Shown here one piece after another: positions 45,829 through 46,184 of a stretch of 46,184 nucleotides of DNA. The DNA is from Hyphomicrobiales bacterium (GTDB taxonomy: Bacteria; Pseudomonadota; Gammaproteobacteria; Pseudomonadales; Pseudohongiellaceae): contig DATMFX010000168.1 of assembly GCA_035555995.1 (NCBI GenBank), positions 1 through 46,184 of the forward strand. Reading direction: 5' to 3'. The notes beneath the pieces were generated by a model. The model was not told where the DNA came from, did no database searches, and saw nothing but the letters and a program-made list of their open reading frames with translations. The position numbers were made by a program, and so were the translations under genes. The stretch's first letter is position 1. Every line of letters starts with the position of its first letter.

Positions 45829-46184
45829 ATGAAATTGAAGACTGCAATTCTGAGCCGCGCCATCGCGGATCTGACCCTGGCGCTGTCCTGTGGCCTGGCG
45901 CTGTTGCCCGGCGTTCTGGCCGCCGCCGACGCCCCGGCGGACATCGAAACCGTCTCGGTGATCGGCCGCGGCGAATCGCGCCAGGTACAGCGCATCACCA
46001 GTGAAAACCAGGAAGTGCTGCCGCCCGGCACCAGCCTGCAGAAACTGCTCAACATCCTGCCCGGCGTCAACGCGCAGTCGATCGACGCGCTGGCCACCAA
46101 CGAACAATCGATGACGATGAGCCTGCGCGGCTTCAACTCCACCAAGCTGGGCTACACGCTCGACGGCATCCCGCTTGGCGACAG
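45829..46184 (+). CDS. TonB-dependent receptor, N-terminal part (runs off the window)
   Basis: Absent from the ORF track (no stop). Manual translation from ATG 45829 (GGAG 7 nt upstream): MKLKTAILSRAIADLTLALSCGLALLPGVLAAADAPADIETVSVIGRGE...LQKLLNILPGVNAQS...MSLRGFNSTKLGYTLDGIPLGD. This is a signal peptide, a TonB-box-like IETVSVIG and a plug domain. Confidence 0.85.
   Translation, partial: MKLKTAILSRAIADLTLALSCGLALLPGVLAAADAPADIETVSVIGRGESRQVQRITSENQEVLPPGTSLQKLLNILPGVNAQSIDALATNEQSMTMSLRGFNSTKLGYTLDGIPLGD

Overview
This is a 46.2-kb, visibly GC-rich proteobacterial chromosomal segment. I ran no searches; all calls come from reading the ORF translations and the DNA by eye. I support 35 protein-coding genes and found no tRNA, rRNA, CRISPR, IS, integrase, phage or recognisable defence genes.

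Gene layout:
- **Housekeeping block:** murI' (partial, edge), then miaA-hfq-hflX-hflK-hflC-hisZ-purA.
- **Minus-strand string:** LytS-type kinase, LytTR regulator, acyltransferase-3, membrane fusion protein (MFP), and an AcrB-type RND pump.
- **Orphan permease:** an 828-aa FtsX/MacB-type permease preceded by a textbook sigma54 -24/-12 promoter.
- **Metal efflux:** a CzcCBA/CusCBA-type heavy-metal RND operon with a coupled DUF3240-like gene. It is divergent from an OmpR-type two-component pair and a cytochrome-c-fused Vgb-like beta-propeller.
- **Other genes:** dacB, a CrtI-like flavoprotein, corA, ptsP, an MFS transporter with a periplasmic insert, ohr, a beta-barrel outer-membrane protein and a partial TonB-dependent receptor.
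- **Polyamine operon:** a six-gene minus-strand operon, speA, carboxy(nor)spermidine dehydrogenase homologue, decarboxylase homologue, arginase-fold protein, HisKA_3 kinase, NarL regulator.

Best leads:
1. A two-copy structured element has a 62-nt double-hairpin core that is 59/62 identical. It is clamped by about 30-bp near-perfect stems that share no sequence between the copies.
2. The arginase-fold protein in the polyamine operon keeps all Asp metal ligands. It has replaced all three hallmark His residues (GGDH to GGDG, DAH to DAQ, SH to SE).
3. That protein's stop overlaps the start of an intramembrane-type sensor kinase (GTGA), tying a two-component system to a spermidine-type operon.
4. 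Mirrored 11-bp-phased TTCAC/TTGAC repeats flank the structured element in the divergent metal-efflux control region.
5. The sigma54 promoter in front of the orphan permease has no activator gene in view.

Most of the window is ordinary core or accessory chromosome.
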